Shown: positions 55,022 to 63,779 of the stretch, one piece after another
How the letters are laid out: the number at the start of each line of letters is the position of its first letter
Position numbering within the stretch: position 1 is the stretch's first letter
NCBI GenBank assembly: GCA_963711835.1
Contig: CAVQFQ010000007.1
Coordinates: 1 to 64,000, forward strand
DNA: 64,000 nt
Direction of reading: 5' to 3'
Origin: an uncultured delta proteobacterium
GTDB lineage: Bacteria; Desulfobacterota; RBG-13-43-22
Position numbers and translations under genes: made by a program
Notes under the pieces: generated by a model
What the model was told of the DNA's origin: nothing
What the model saw: only the letters and a program-made list of their open reading frames with translations
Database searches by the model: none

Positions 55022-57874
55022 TCAATCATATATCTCCCGCAGCAGCTCCAGTATTTTCCGCCGGCTGGGGGTGGTCGGATCGGTGGCCATATTCACCGCG
55101 TCCCGGGAGGCATAAAAAGCGATTTTCTCCAAATCCTCTTTGGGAATTCCCTCGGCTTTCAGGCTGATGGGGATATCGAGCTTCCCGTAGAAGGCCAGCA
55201 GGCTTTCCTCGAGATCATTTGAGCGATTCAACATTTGGGCCAGATCGGTAAAGGGGTCTTTACAGGTTTCCCGGTTGGCTCTGACAAAGCAGAGCAGTCC
55301 GTAGATAGCCGCCCGGCCGTGGGGCAGATGGTAGTGAGCGCCCAGCACGTGGGTAATGGCATGGCCGATCCCCAATCCCTTCAGGAAGGCCAGACCGCCG
55401 CAGAGGGCCGCCATGCACATGTCGGTCCGGGCGGCGATATCCTCCCCGTCCTGGTAAGCCCGGGGAAGGCTGCGCCCGATCAGTTTCACCCCGTACACCG
55501 CCATGGACTCGAAGTAGGGATGATAGGGGGTGGCCAGGGAGACATAGCCCTCGATGCAGTGGGCCAGGGCGTCGATGCCGGAGGCGATGGTCAGGCCGGG
55601 CGGCATGGTCCGGCAGAACAGGGGATCGATGACCGCTATTTTGGGGATCAAGTGATTGCTCATCAAAACCAGCTTCAGGTCCCGCTCCTTATCGGTGATC
55701 ACCGCACAGGGGTTGACCTCGCTTCCCGTCCCCGAGGTGGTCGGCAGGCAGACGATCGGCGGGAGGATCGGCTTGATCTTGCCGCTACCGCCCACAATCC
55801 CTTCAAATTCCCGAAGTTCCCCGGGGTGGGTGACCCGCAGCCCGAGGGCCTTGGCCGTATCCATCGAACTGCCGCCGCCCAGGCCCAGGATACCGTCGCA
55901 ACCCGTATCGGTATAGTGCCGGCCGGCCCGTTCAATCAGTTCAATGGGTGGATCGGGCTCCACCTCCGAAAAGATAACCGTTTGCAGGCCCCGGGGCTCC
56001 ACGATCCGGCAGATCTCTTCCGCCCGTCCCAGGGAGAACATAACCGGATCGGTTACGATAAACAGTTTCCTGACCTGAAGACGCTGCAGGGCTTCCCCCA
56101 TTTTCCCGGCCACCCCGGCGCCGAACAACACTTCCGGCAGGGGCGGGATGCGGATCTCCCAGATCTTTTCTTTTTCCTGAAAGGAATCCAGTCTGGTCCA
56201 GAGGTTTTTGATCTCGGCCTCCTCCACATCAAAAACCTGCTGGGTGGGGGCAATCGCCTCCTGCCGGATAAAGGCGGCCTCCTGCGTATCCCCTTGGCCG
56301 AATTCGGCCTTTTCATTGAAAGCCAGTTGATCCCGCAGCGTTTGCTTGCCGATCTCCAGGACCTCTTCAGGAGTCCACCGGCCCCCGTAGCGGGCGTTCA
56401 ATAGATCGGCCAGGAAGGGATAGAGGGAAACCCGTCCGCCGGGAACGGCATTCAGGCAATAGCCGAAGGCGTCACAGACGGCGGCCTGGATCTGGGCTTT
56501 CAGCGAGTTCTCCGCTTGCTTCGTCCGGCTCCGGGGGATACGGTAGGTCAGCCCGGCCGTATGATCCGCGCCCATGGGGCTGGTGCAGTAAGTGACCCCG
56601 GTGCCTTTGGTCGACCGGGGATCATGGGCCGGGAAGGCCTGCCCTTTGTAGGCGGGCACCCGGCCGACGCCCAGGTACCGGGCGGTAGCCACCACCCCGT
56701 TCCCCAGGGCTCGGCCCAACGGCGTCTCCCGTTCCATTTCTTCCAGCAGTCGCGCGGCCGAGGACCAGTCGCCGAAGGCCATTTTTCCGGCCTCCGCCGC
56801 CAGGCCCAAGGCGCTGCCGGTTTCGATGGCATCGACCCCCAGATCGTCACAGAGGAATTTGAGCCGGGCGATGGCATCCGGATCGGTGATGCCCAGGTTG
56901 GTTCCCAGCATGGCGATGGTTTCATATTCATAAGCGGAACAGAGCCGTTTCCCCTCTTTATCCGGGTAAATGATGGAACAGCGGACCACGCAGCCGGGCA
57001 TGCAGCCGTGCATCCGGCCGCCCCGTTCAAAAAGGATTTTCTGGATGCTGTTCCCGCTCACGGCGATAAAGTCATCGGGTCGCCCCGAACGGTAATTCAG
57101 GGTCGGCAGGGTCCCCTGGCTGGCCGAATTGGAAATGGCGAAGGGCGTGCCGAAGCGGGAATAAAGGCTGCAACTCACATCATGCTTGAGGGTGTTGACC
57201 CAGAATTTCACCAGCCGGCGAAAGGCCTCCGGATCGGCCGTTTCCACCGGACCGGTTTTTCCGGGGTCGATAATAATCGCCTTGAGCCCCTTGGAGCCCA
57301 TCACAGCGCCGAGCCCGCCCCGGGCGGCGTTCCGCGAGGGATCCCCGAACAGATCGGTAAAAGAGACCGAGGCTCCCCGGTATTTCCGCTCTCCGGCCGG
57401 ACCAATGGAGATGACCGCCGCCTTTTCCCCGAATTTTTTCCTCAGTTGGCCGGCCAGTTCATAATTTTTCAGGCCCCGATATTCCTCGGCCGGGATCAAA
57501 TCTGCACGGTCCCCGGAAATCAACAAACAAGTCAGACGGTCGTCCGGCGGGGCGTCGTGGACAATGATCGCACGTATCCCCAGCCGGTCGAGGAATTGTC
57601 CGGCCGGGCCGCCGGCGTTGGCCTCTTTGATCCCCAGAGTCAGGGGACTCTTGGCCCCGACGGAGATACGCCCGAGCTGGGGCGCCCCGGTGCCGGCCAA
57701 CGGGCCGACGGCTACGATGAAGGCATTCTCGGGACCCAGCGGATCTGCCGTCGGCGGAACCTCGCGGTTCATAATCCGGGCCAGCAAGGCGCTGCCGCCG
57801 ATGGGTAGCCAGTCCTCGCGAAGATTTTCAAAGTCAACCTTCCCCTTTTCCATATTTACTCTTAACAGCTTCAT
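55022..57874 (-). CDS. Fusion of aldehyde:ferredoxin oxidoreductase (N-terminal) and iron-containing alcohol dehydrogenase (C-terminal)
   Basis: AOR motifs KSPLT..IKEANAGG, IGPAGE, AARGGLGAVMGSKGLKA, CMPGCVVRC, EYET, CDDLGVD and GADH. Fe-ADH motifs GGGSSMD, PTTSGTGSE, DALAH and GHAITH..HLPHG. Confidence 0.9.
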   Translation of the reverse strand: MKLLRVNMEKGKVDFENLREDWLPIGGSALLARIMNREVPPTADPLGPENAFIVAVGPLAGTGAPQLGRISVGAKSPLTLGIKEANAGGPAGQFLDRLGIRAIIVHDAPPDDRLTCLLISGDRADLIPAEEYRGLKNYELAGQLRKKFGEKAAVISIGPAGERKYRGASVSFTDLFGDPSRNAARGGLGAVMGSKGLKAIIIDPGKTGPVETADPEAFRRLVKFWVNTLKHDVSCSLYSRFGTPFAISNSASQGTLPTLNYRSGRPDDFIAVSGNSIQKILFERGGRMHGCMPGCVVRCSIIYPDKEGKRLCSAYEYETIAMLGTNLGITDPDAIARLKFLCDDLGVDAIETGSALGLAAEAGKMAFGDWSSAARLLEEMERETPLGRALGNGVVATARYLGVGRVPAYKGQAFPAHDPRSTKGTGVTYCTSPMGADHTAGLTYRIPRSRTKQAENSLKAQIQAAVCDAFGYCLNAVPGGRVSLYPFLADLLNARYGGRWTPEEVLEIGKQTLRDQLAFNEKAEFGQGDTQEAAFIRQEAIAPTQQVFDVEEAEIKNLWTRLDSFQEKEKIWEIRIPPLPEVLFGAGVAGKMGEALQRLQVRKLFIVTDPVMFSLGRAEEICRIVEPRGLQTVIFSEVEPDPPIELIERAGRHYTDTGCDGILGLGGGSSMDTAKALGLRVTHPGELREFEGIVGGSGKIKPILPPIVCLPTTSGTGSEVNPCAVITDKERDLKLVLMSNHLIPKIAVIDPLFCRTMPPGLTIASGIDALAHCIEGYVSLATPYHPYFESMAVYGVKLIGRSLPRAYQDGEDIAARTDMCMAALCGGLAFLKGLGIGHAITHVLGAHYHLPHGRAAIYGLLCFVRANRETCKDPFTDLAQMLNRSNDLEESLLAFYGKLDIPISLKAEGIPKEDLEKIAFYASRDAVNMATDPTTPSRRKILELLREIYD

Positions 57875-58136
57875 AGCGAGACTTCCCTTGAAATGGCTTT
57901 TTTATTGAGGTCCAGTCAATTTTTACCATATCCCATCACGGACCGGAAAATCAATTTGGTTATTTTTTAAGGAAGGAGACTGCGGAACCTCTGCAAAAAG
58001 CTTCCTGAAGTCTGGTTTTCTTAGGTTGTCTCACCTTACAAGATTGGCATCGGTAATCGTTAATAAGGCATGGGAGGTATGATTTTCCAACTTCTAATCT
58101 ATGAAGCTACCAACGGTGATTATCCTCATAATTCTA

Positions 58137-58165
58137 TTGACATTTTTCCTAAGAAATGCTATAGG
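58137..58165 (+). promoter_or_regulatory. Sigma-70 promoter upstream of the Tat-protein/cupin genes
   Basis: TTGACA-N17-TATAGG with an extended -10 TG. Confidence 0.55.
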
Positions 58166-58263
58166 TCTACTTCTTACACTAAATCGTTGAATAACCATCC
58201 CAACTTAACCCCAACCTATTTGGAGCGGGACATGAAGTGGGAGATTCAAAAAGTTCCGATAGT

Positions 58264-58308
58264 AAGCCTCCATAGGGGATCAAACCCTTGTGGAGGCTTT
58301 GTATTTTT
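58264..58308 (+). terminator. Terminator-like hairpin inside the 5' leader
   Basis: AAGCCTCCATAGGGG...CCCTTGTGGAGGCTT followed by TGTATTTTT. Confidence 0.55.
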
Positions 58309-58374
58309 ACCCCCAAGATCAAGAAATGCATCAATTCATAAAAATTCCTATGTGATTAAGAAAGGAGATTGTCT

Positions 58375-58995
58375 ATGAATACCAAAACTTATTCCCCGAA
58401 CCGAAGAGAATTCTTAAAAGGTCTGGCTGTTGGGGCCGGTGGGTATGCCCTTGGTTCTGGATTGATCCATCCTGAAGAGGCTATGGGGCAATCTATTGAA
58501 GCAAACTTGGAGAAAATTCCAGTGGAAGCCCGTTGGAATATTGCCGCCGGCACTGTAATTTTTTGGTCGGTCAGCTATTTTAAAGAAATTTACGATACAA
58601 GAGGACGCGAGCAATACCTTGAACATTGGAAAAAAACGTCTCCAATAGTAGCAGCCCGGGGTAAGGGAAATGCGGAACGCCTTGGTTTAATCGGTAGCGA
58701 CGCCAAATCAGCGGTTGAAATTATCCCGGCCTTCCTTACTATCGTCTATGGTCCTAAGCAAAAATATGAAACGGTAGAAGCTACAGCGGAGAAAGCCAGG
58801 CTGAGATGCATTAATTGTGAACTCTGGAATCATGTGCAAGCCAGAAAAATTACCGACGATCTATGCTCCGTTCATTCCCAGTATTGGTGGGATGGTTTTG
58901 TCAAGGCCATGAATCCAAAGATGACTTCAAACTTGGTTAAGGCCAGGCCTCGGGGTGATTCGGTTTGTGAGTGGGTTGTTGAGCTTAAGGCCTGA
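58375..58995 (+). CDS. Twin-arginine-exported protein with V4R / ATC-hydrolase-like C-terminal domain
   Basis: Tat motif NRREFLK plus hydrophobic region ending AMG. CINC...LC...RGDSVCEW Cys pattern. Confidence 0.7.
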   Translation: MNTKTYSPNRREFLKGLAVGAGGYALGSGLIHPEEAMGQSIEANLEKIPVEARWNIAAGTVIFWSVSYFKEIYDTRGREQYLEHWKKTSPIVAARGKGNAERLGLIGSDAKSAVEIIPAFLTIVYGPKQKYETVEATAEKARLRCINCELWNHVQARKITDDLCSVHSQYWWDGFVKAMNPKMTSNLVKARPRGDSVCEWVVELKA

Positions 58996-59043
58996 AATCA
59001 GCAAGGAGAGTTCTGATTGTTCTTTTTCTGAAAGGAGCTACCC

Positions 59044-59460
59044 ATGAAACGAAAGGTTGTTTTGCTTACCGTGGTCTTGACCGTGGGGATCGGGTTAGGC
59101 GTGATCGTGAGTCAGGCTCTCAACGCCCAGCAGCCGCCAACAAAAAGCCCAATACTTCTGAAAACGGATCTGTCGGGGATGGAATCGAAGGAAGGGGTGG
59201 TTCTTCTTGCGGAGATTCCTCCCGGTGAGGTCGGGAAGAAACACTATCACCCCGGACACCAGTTCGGCTATGTCCTCGAAGGCTCCATGATCATGGAGAT
59301 TGAAGGAAAGCCGCCGGTCACTTACAAACCAGGGGATACCTACTATCTGCCGCCCAATCAAGTGCACTATGCGAAAAACGTCAGCACGACTGCTCCGGTC
59401 AAGATTTTGGGGTTTTCGATTGCCGAAAAGGGACAACCCCTCGCTGTCCCTGCGAAGTAG
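59044..59460 (+). CDS. Exported cupin domain protein
   Basis: Signal peptide and HYHPGHQFGYVLEG...PPNQVH. Confidence 0.88.
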   Translation: MKRKVVLLTVVLTVGIGLGVIVSQALNAQQPPTKSPILLKTDLSGMESKEGVVLLAEIPPGEVGKKHYHPGHQFGYVLEGSMIMEIEGKPPVTYKPGDTYYLPPNQVHYAKNVSTTAPVKILGFSIAEKGQPLAVPAK

Positions 59461-59476
59461 GCGGGTAACAGTTTAG

Positions 59477-59668
59477 TCCCGGGCGGCGGCCGGGTTAAAG
59501 GATCTTCACCTTTGGCACAACGTTGATGATCCCAATGAGATTTTCTTGTTGTTCGAGGTCGCCGACGTGGCCAAGGCCAAGGCTTTCGCTGCCTCTGCCG
59601 ATCTCAAGGAGAAGATGACGGCAGCAGGCGTCATCGGTCCACCCGAGATCTTTTTTCTCTCGGTGTAA
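59477..59668 (+). pseudogene. 5'-truncated small dimeric alpha/beta-barrel (ABM/cyclase-like) gene remnant
   Basis: Frame reads SRAAAGLKDLHLWHNVDDPNEIFLLFEVADVAKAKAFAASADLKEKMTAAGVIGPPEIFFLSV*. It is preceded by an in-frame TAG and has no start codon. Confidence 0.55.
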
Positions 59669-59737
59669 AGCCAAAAGGGGGCAGATTTATTTGGCACAAA
59701 GAAATAAGTCTATCCCCTTTTGGCTGTGAATCTGTTT

Positions 59738-61492
59738 TTACTCCCAGCCTCTCAGCCGGAAATAGTCCCTTTTAAGTTGGTTCAAATCTTCCTCGGTAAT
59801 GATCTTGCCGCTCTCCGGCAAGGGTTCTTTATGAAAACGGCGGGGCAGGGATTCTTGCTCCGGGGTCATGCCTTCCCGAAGATTGAATTCACGGGTCAGG
59901 GTGACAACCCGGTTGGCCATTTTCTGGATCTCAACTTTCCCCCAGTTCAAGCCGGTGGTCAGGTGAACGATTCGCTCCAACTCCGGCCAGGGATACAGAT
60001 CACGGTAGAAGCGGCAGAGGATCAGGGTGTCAAAGAGGGTCAGACGATCCTCGAAGTCAATAAATAATTCGGCCTTGCCTTCGATCTGATCCGGATCGAT
60101 CACCTTAGTAAGTTCGGGTTTATAAAAGGTAGCCCGCAAATGGCAGGCGCCCCGGTCCGAGGTGGCGTAACCCAGACCTACGCCCTTGAGAACCCGGGGA
60201 TCATAGCCGGCCGGCTCCAGGCCCTTGACATGAATGGCGATGTCTTCGAGTCCCCATTCTCTGGCCGCCGTGATAATCCCTTCAGCCAGCACAGCGCCGA
60301 TTCCCTGACGAAAAACTATCTGTTTTAACAAATCGGCGATGGCCTGAACATCGCCATATTCGATTTTTTCCTTGATCTTGCCACGCCGTGAGGCCTCAAT
60401 GGCCAGACCGGCCAGATTGCCGGCGGTAATCGTATCCACCCCCAGCCGGTCGCAGATATCATTCAGGTAAAGGATATCCTCGATACTTCGAACCAGGCAA
60501 AGACCGCCGAAGGCATAGATGGTTTCATACTCAGGTCCCTCCAGGGTCATCCCTTTATGGGGACCGTCCTTGACCTTGCTCAGGCGGCCGCAGCCGATAA
60601 AACACTGGGCGCAGGCCCGGGGGGTCACTTCAAGGCGTTCATGAAAGCTGTCGGCCCCAATGGCCTCCCAGCCCTCCAAAAACCCCTTGGACCAGTATTG
60701 GGTAGGAAAAGCCCCGGCCTTGTTCATGACACCGACCATCATGGGCGTTCCCATTTTCCGGTAGTTATTGGCCCCGGCATCGGTCTTTCCTTTTTCCTGG
60801 ATCTCCCGGGCAAAGGCCCGGACTTCCTCCGGGAAGGCCAACTCCCGTTTTTTCAGGCCGTGAAAGCAGAGGGCCTTGATTTTCTTGGAGCCCATGACCG
60901 CGCCGGTGCCGGTGCGGCCGGCGGAACGCCAGTAGTCGTTTTCAATTACGGCAAAGCGAACCAGATTCTCTCCGGCCGGACCGATAACCAGGGCCGCACC
61001 CTTTTCGGAAGGCGTTCCGGAGCGCTTCTTGCCGATCCGTTTCAGGACTTCGTCCTCCGTGGCATAGGTATCCAGGCCCCAGAGGTCCTGGGCCGGGTGG
61101 AAGCGGACGGCTTCGTCGCTGATTTCCAGAAAAACCGGTTCCCGGGAAACGCCCCTGATCAGGATGGCATCATAGCCGGTCCGGCTGATGGACAGGGCGG
61201 CTTTGCCTCCGGAATAGGATTCCGAGTAAAGACCGGTCTGGGGACTCTTGGTAAAGATTCCATGCCGGCAGGAACCGTATATGGGGGTATCCGTAACCGG
61301 TCCTCCGGCGATGATTAAATGATTGTCAGGAGAATAGGGGTCAATCCCTGGAGGATTATTGTCCAATAACAGGCGGGTGGCCAACCCTTTGCCTCCTAAT
61401 CCCTGTTCGAATACCGTATCGGCTACTTCCTCTACGGCAAAGGTTTGGCGAGCGGCATCAATTTTTAAAACGCGATTAAAAAAACCCTTCAT
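59738..61492 (-). CDS. aor: Aldehyde:ferredoxin oxidoreductase (tungstopterin AOR family)
   Basis: KSPQTG..ESYSGG, AGRTGTGAVMGSKKIKA, CAQCFIGC, GPEYET, CDRLGVD and DRGACH motifs. Confidence 0.93.
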   Translation of the reverse strand: MKGFFNRVLKIDAARQTFAVEEVADTVFEQGLGGKGLATRLLLDNNPPGIDPYSPDNHLIIAGGPVTDTPIYGSCRHGIFTKSPQTGLYSESYSGGKAALSISRTGYDAILIRGVSREPVFLEISDEAVRFHPAQDLWGLDTYATEDEVLKRIGKKRSGTPSEKGAALVIGPAGENLVRFAVIENDYWRSAGRTGTGAVMGSKKIKALCFHGLKKRELAFPEEVRAFAREIQEKGKTDAGANNYRKMGTPMMVGVMNKAGAFPTQYWSKGFLEGWEAIGADSFHERLEVTPRACAQCFIGCGRLSKVKDGPHKGMTLEGPEYETIYAFGGLCLVRSIEDILYLNDICDRLGVDTITAGNLAGLAIEASRRGKIKEKIEYGDVQAIADLLKQIVFRQGIGAVLAEGIITAAREWGLEDIAIHVKGLEPAGYDPRVLKGVGLGYATSDRGACHLRATFYKPELTKVIDPDQIEGKAELFIDFEDRLTLFDTLILCRFYRDLYPWPELERIVHLTTGLNWGKVEIQKMANRVVTLTREFNLREGMTPEQESLPRRFHKEPLPESGKIITEEDLNQLKRDYFRLRGWE

Positions 61493-61570
61493 CTATTTCA
61501 CCCTCACTTAAAAAGTGCCTATGACAGGATACCTGATCCGCCGCAGAGGACGAACCAAAAAATGAATTTC

Positions 61571-61708
61571 AAATCCGAAGCACGAAGCACGAAATTCGAA
61601 ACAATACCAAATTTTAAAATACAAAATGTTCCAAACGGTTAAATCAAATATTTTTGAATTTCGGTCAGTTGAATTTGTTTCGGATTTCGACATTCGGAAT
61701 TCGGATTT
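61571..61708. repeat. Heptad-periodic (CGAA every 7 nt) inverted-repeat element
   Basis: Left arm AAATCCGAAGCACGAAGCACGAAATTCGAAACAA versus reverse complement of right arm AAATCCGAATTCCGAATGTCGAAATCCGAAACAA. Confidence 0.75.
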
Positions 61709-61737
61709 AATTAAATTTATTGACCTCACCTGTATTT

Positions 61738-61780
61738 CTGAATCCCTGAACTCCGAACGCTGAACGCTGAACCCCGTACA
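61738..61780. repeat. Short heptamer tandem repeat (CTGAACG-like)
   Basis: ctgaact ccgaacg ctgaacg ctgaacc ccgtaca. Confidence 0.6.
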
Positions 61781-61784
61781 CCTC

Positions 61785-62936
61785 CTACCAGGCCTGCTGG
61801 TAAATGGCCTTGGCGTCCTCGAGGGTCAGCCGTCTGGGATTATTCGCCAGCAGTCGGGTGACTTTCATGACTCCCTCGGACAACCGGGGCAGGGCCTCCT
61901 GGGGGACATTCAAATCCCGCAGGCGCAAGGGGATATTAAGGTCCATCATCAATTCCTCGATGGCATCCAAGGCTTCTTCAGCGGCCTGTCGGTCGGTCAG
62001 ATCCTCGGTGGCCAGACCCAAGGCCGAGGAAATATCGGCAAACTTGGTCAGGTTCCCCAGCATGTTAAAACGGAGGACCGGCAGGAGCATCACCGAATTG
62101 GCCAGGCCATGGGCGATATGATGGAATTCGCCCCCCAGGGGATAGGCAAAGGCATGGACGGCCGTGACCCCGGCATTGGCAAAGGCCATACCGGCCAGCA
62201 GACTCCCTTCCAGCATATCCGAGCGGGCTGGAAGGTCTTCTCCCCGGGCGTAAGCGGTCAGCAGGCTTCCGGCGATTAATTCCATGGCTCGAAAGGCCAA
62301 CTGGTCGGTCAGATCATTGGCATTGACCGAGGTATAGGCCTCGATAGCGTGGATCAGGGCGTCCAGGCCGGTAAAGGCCGTGACGGCCGGGGGTAAGCCT
62401 ATGGTGAGCTTGGGATCCAGGAGGGCTACCTCCGGAAAGAGGTGCGGGCTGACAATCCCTTTTTTCAGGTTCTCACGGGTATCCGAAAGGATGGCAATCG
62501 GGGTGACTTCGCTGCCGGTGCCGGCCGTGGTGGGAACCAGGATCACCGGGACCCCGGGCCGGGGCACCAGGTCAACGCCAAAAAAGGCATCGATCCCTTC
62601 CGAATTGGTGAGCATCACGGAAGTCACCTTGGCTATATCCAATGAGCTTCCCCCGCCGTACCCGATCAGGAGGTCAATCCCTTCTTTCCGGGCGGCAGTC
62701 AGACATGCTTCAACGACCTCAATCCTGGGATCCGGCTCGACCCGGTCAAAGATGGCCAGAGACAGCCCGGCCGCCTCCAGAGATTGCTGGAGAGGGGCTA
62801 TCAGGCCGGCCTGAACGATTCCCGGGTCGGTGACGATCAAGGCTTTTTTAGCCTTAAGCAATTGAGCCTCGGTTCCTATTTTTTCTAAGGATCCGGCTCC
62901 GAAAAGGATGCGTTTGGTGGTTCTGAATAGAAACAT
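61785..62936 (-). CDS. Iron-containing alcohol dehydrogenase
   Basis: GGGSSLD, PTTAGTGSE, DALIHAIE and VHAFAY..HIAHG motifs. Confidence 0.94.
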   Translation of the reverse strand: MFLFRTTKRILFGAGSLEKIGTEAQLLKAKKALIVTDPGIVQAGLIAPLQQSLEAAGLSLAIFDRVEPDPRIEVVEACLTAARKEGIDLLIGYGGGSSLDIAKVTSVMLTNSEGIDAFFGVDLVPRPGVPVILVPTTAGTGSEVTPIAILSDTRENLKKGIVSPHLFPEVALLDPKLTIGLPPAVTAFTGLDALIHAIEAYTSVNANDLTDQLAFRAMELIAGSLLTAYARGEDLPARSDMLEGSLLAGMAFANAGVTAVHAFAYPLGGEFHHIAHGLANSVMLLPVLRFNMLGNLTKFADISSALGLATEDLTDRQAAEEALDAIEELMMDLNIPLRLRDLNVPQEALPRLSEGVMKVTRLLANNPRRLTLEDAKAIYQQAW

Positions 62937-63030
62937 GGGATTACTCCTTCGTCCAAAAAATATTGTATCTTGGAGGAACTTCGTGAGCGAACTTAGTTGG
63001 AGGCAACAGCCTAATTTTTTCGTTTTTTTG

Positions 63031-63060
63031 CCTCAAACCTCAAACCTAATGCCTCTTGCC
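63031..63060. repeat. Short heptamer tandem repeat (CCTCAAA-like)
   Basis: cctcaaa cctcaaa cctaatg cctcttg. Confidence 0.5.
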
Positions 63061-63067
63061 GGCCTTT

Positions 63068-63775
63068 CTACTTCCCCACCAGCTTAATCAGCTTTTCATC
63101 CTCGAGAATCTTCTGGGGCGCTCCCTCGAAGGCGATTTCTCCCCGTTCCACGATATAGGCCCGATCGGCCAGTTGAGAAGCCAAACGGACATTGGATTCG
63201 CCCAGAAGGATGGTGATGCCCAACTCGCGGACCTGTCTTAAGGCCTGCATAAAATGATTGACCACAAACGGAGCCAGGCCTTCAAAGGCTTCGTCCAGAA
63301 GCAGCAGGGAAGGGTTCAGGGCCAGGGCCCGGGCGATCGAGACCATCTTCTTCTCGCCGCCGCTGAGATGCATGCCTTTGCGGTGATAGAATTTTTTAAT
63401 GGCCGGGAAGATAGAGAAGATTTTGTCCAGGCTGAAGAGCCTCCGGGTCTTGATTTTTTCAGTAACCCAGGTGGAAAGCTGGATATTTTCTTCTACGGTC
63501 AGTTCGGTAAATACCCGGGCATCGTCCGGCGAGTAGCCGATTCCGGCCAAGACCCGCTGCTTGGGGGAGGCCTTGGTGATTTCCTTTCCATTAAAGAAGA
63601 TCTTCCCGGTTTTGGCCGGGTAAAGCCCGATAATACTTTTGATCAGGGAGCTTTTACCCGCCCCGTTGCGACCGAGGAGACAGATGATCTCCCCTTGATT
63701 AATCCCAAGACGGATGTCTCTCAGGATATGATTGCGGCCAAGGTAAAGATTCAGATCTTCGATGGAGAGTAACAT
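63068..63775 (-). CDS. livF: Branched-chain amino acid-type ABC transporter ATP-binding subunit (LivF-like)
   Basis: GRNGAGKS, LSGGEKK and LLLDEAFEGLAP motifs. Confidence 0.88.
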   Translation of the reverse strand: MLLSIEDLNLYLGRNHILRDIRLGINQGEIICLLGRNGAGKSSLIKSIIGLYPAKTGKIFFNGKEITKASPKQRVLAGIGYSPDDARVFTELTVEENIQLSTWVTEKIKTRRLFSLDKIFSIFPAIKKFYHRKGMHLSGGEKKMVSIARALALNPSLLLLDEAFEGLAPFVVNHFMQALRQVRELGITILLGESNVRLASQLADRAYIVERGEIAFEGAPQKILEDEKLIKLVGK

Positions 63776-63779
63776 AGGC

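Noticed and set aside
61571-61780. CRISPR array
   Set aside because: Repeat units are 7 nt with no unique spacers, and no cas genes are present.
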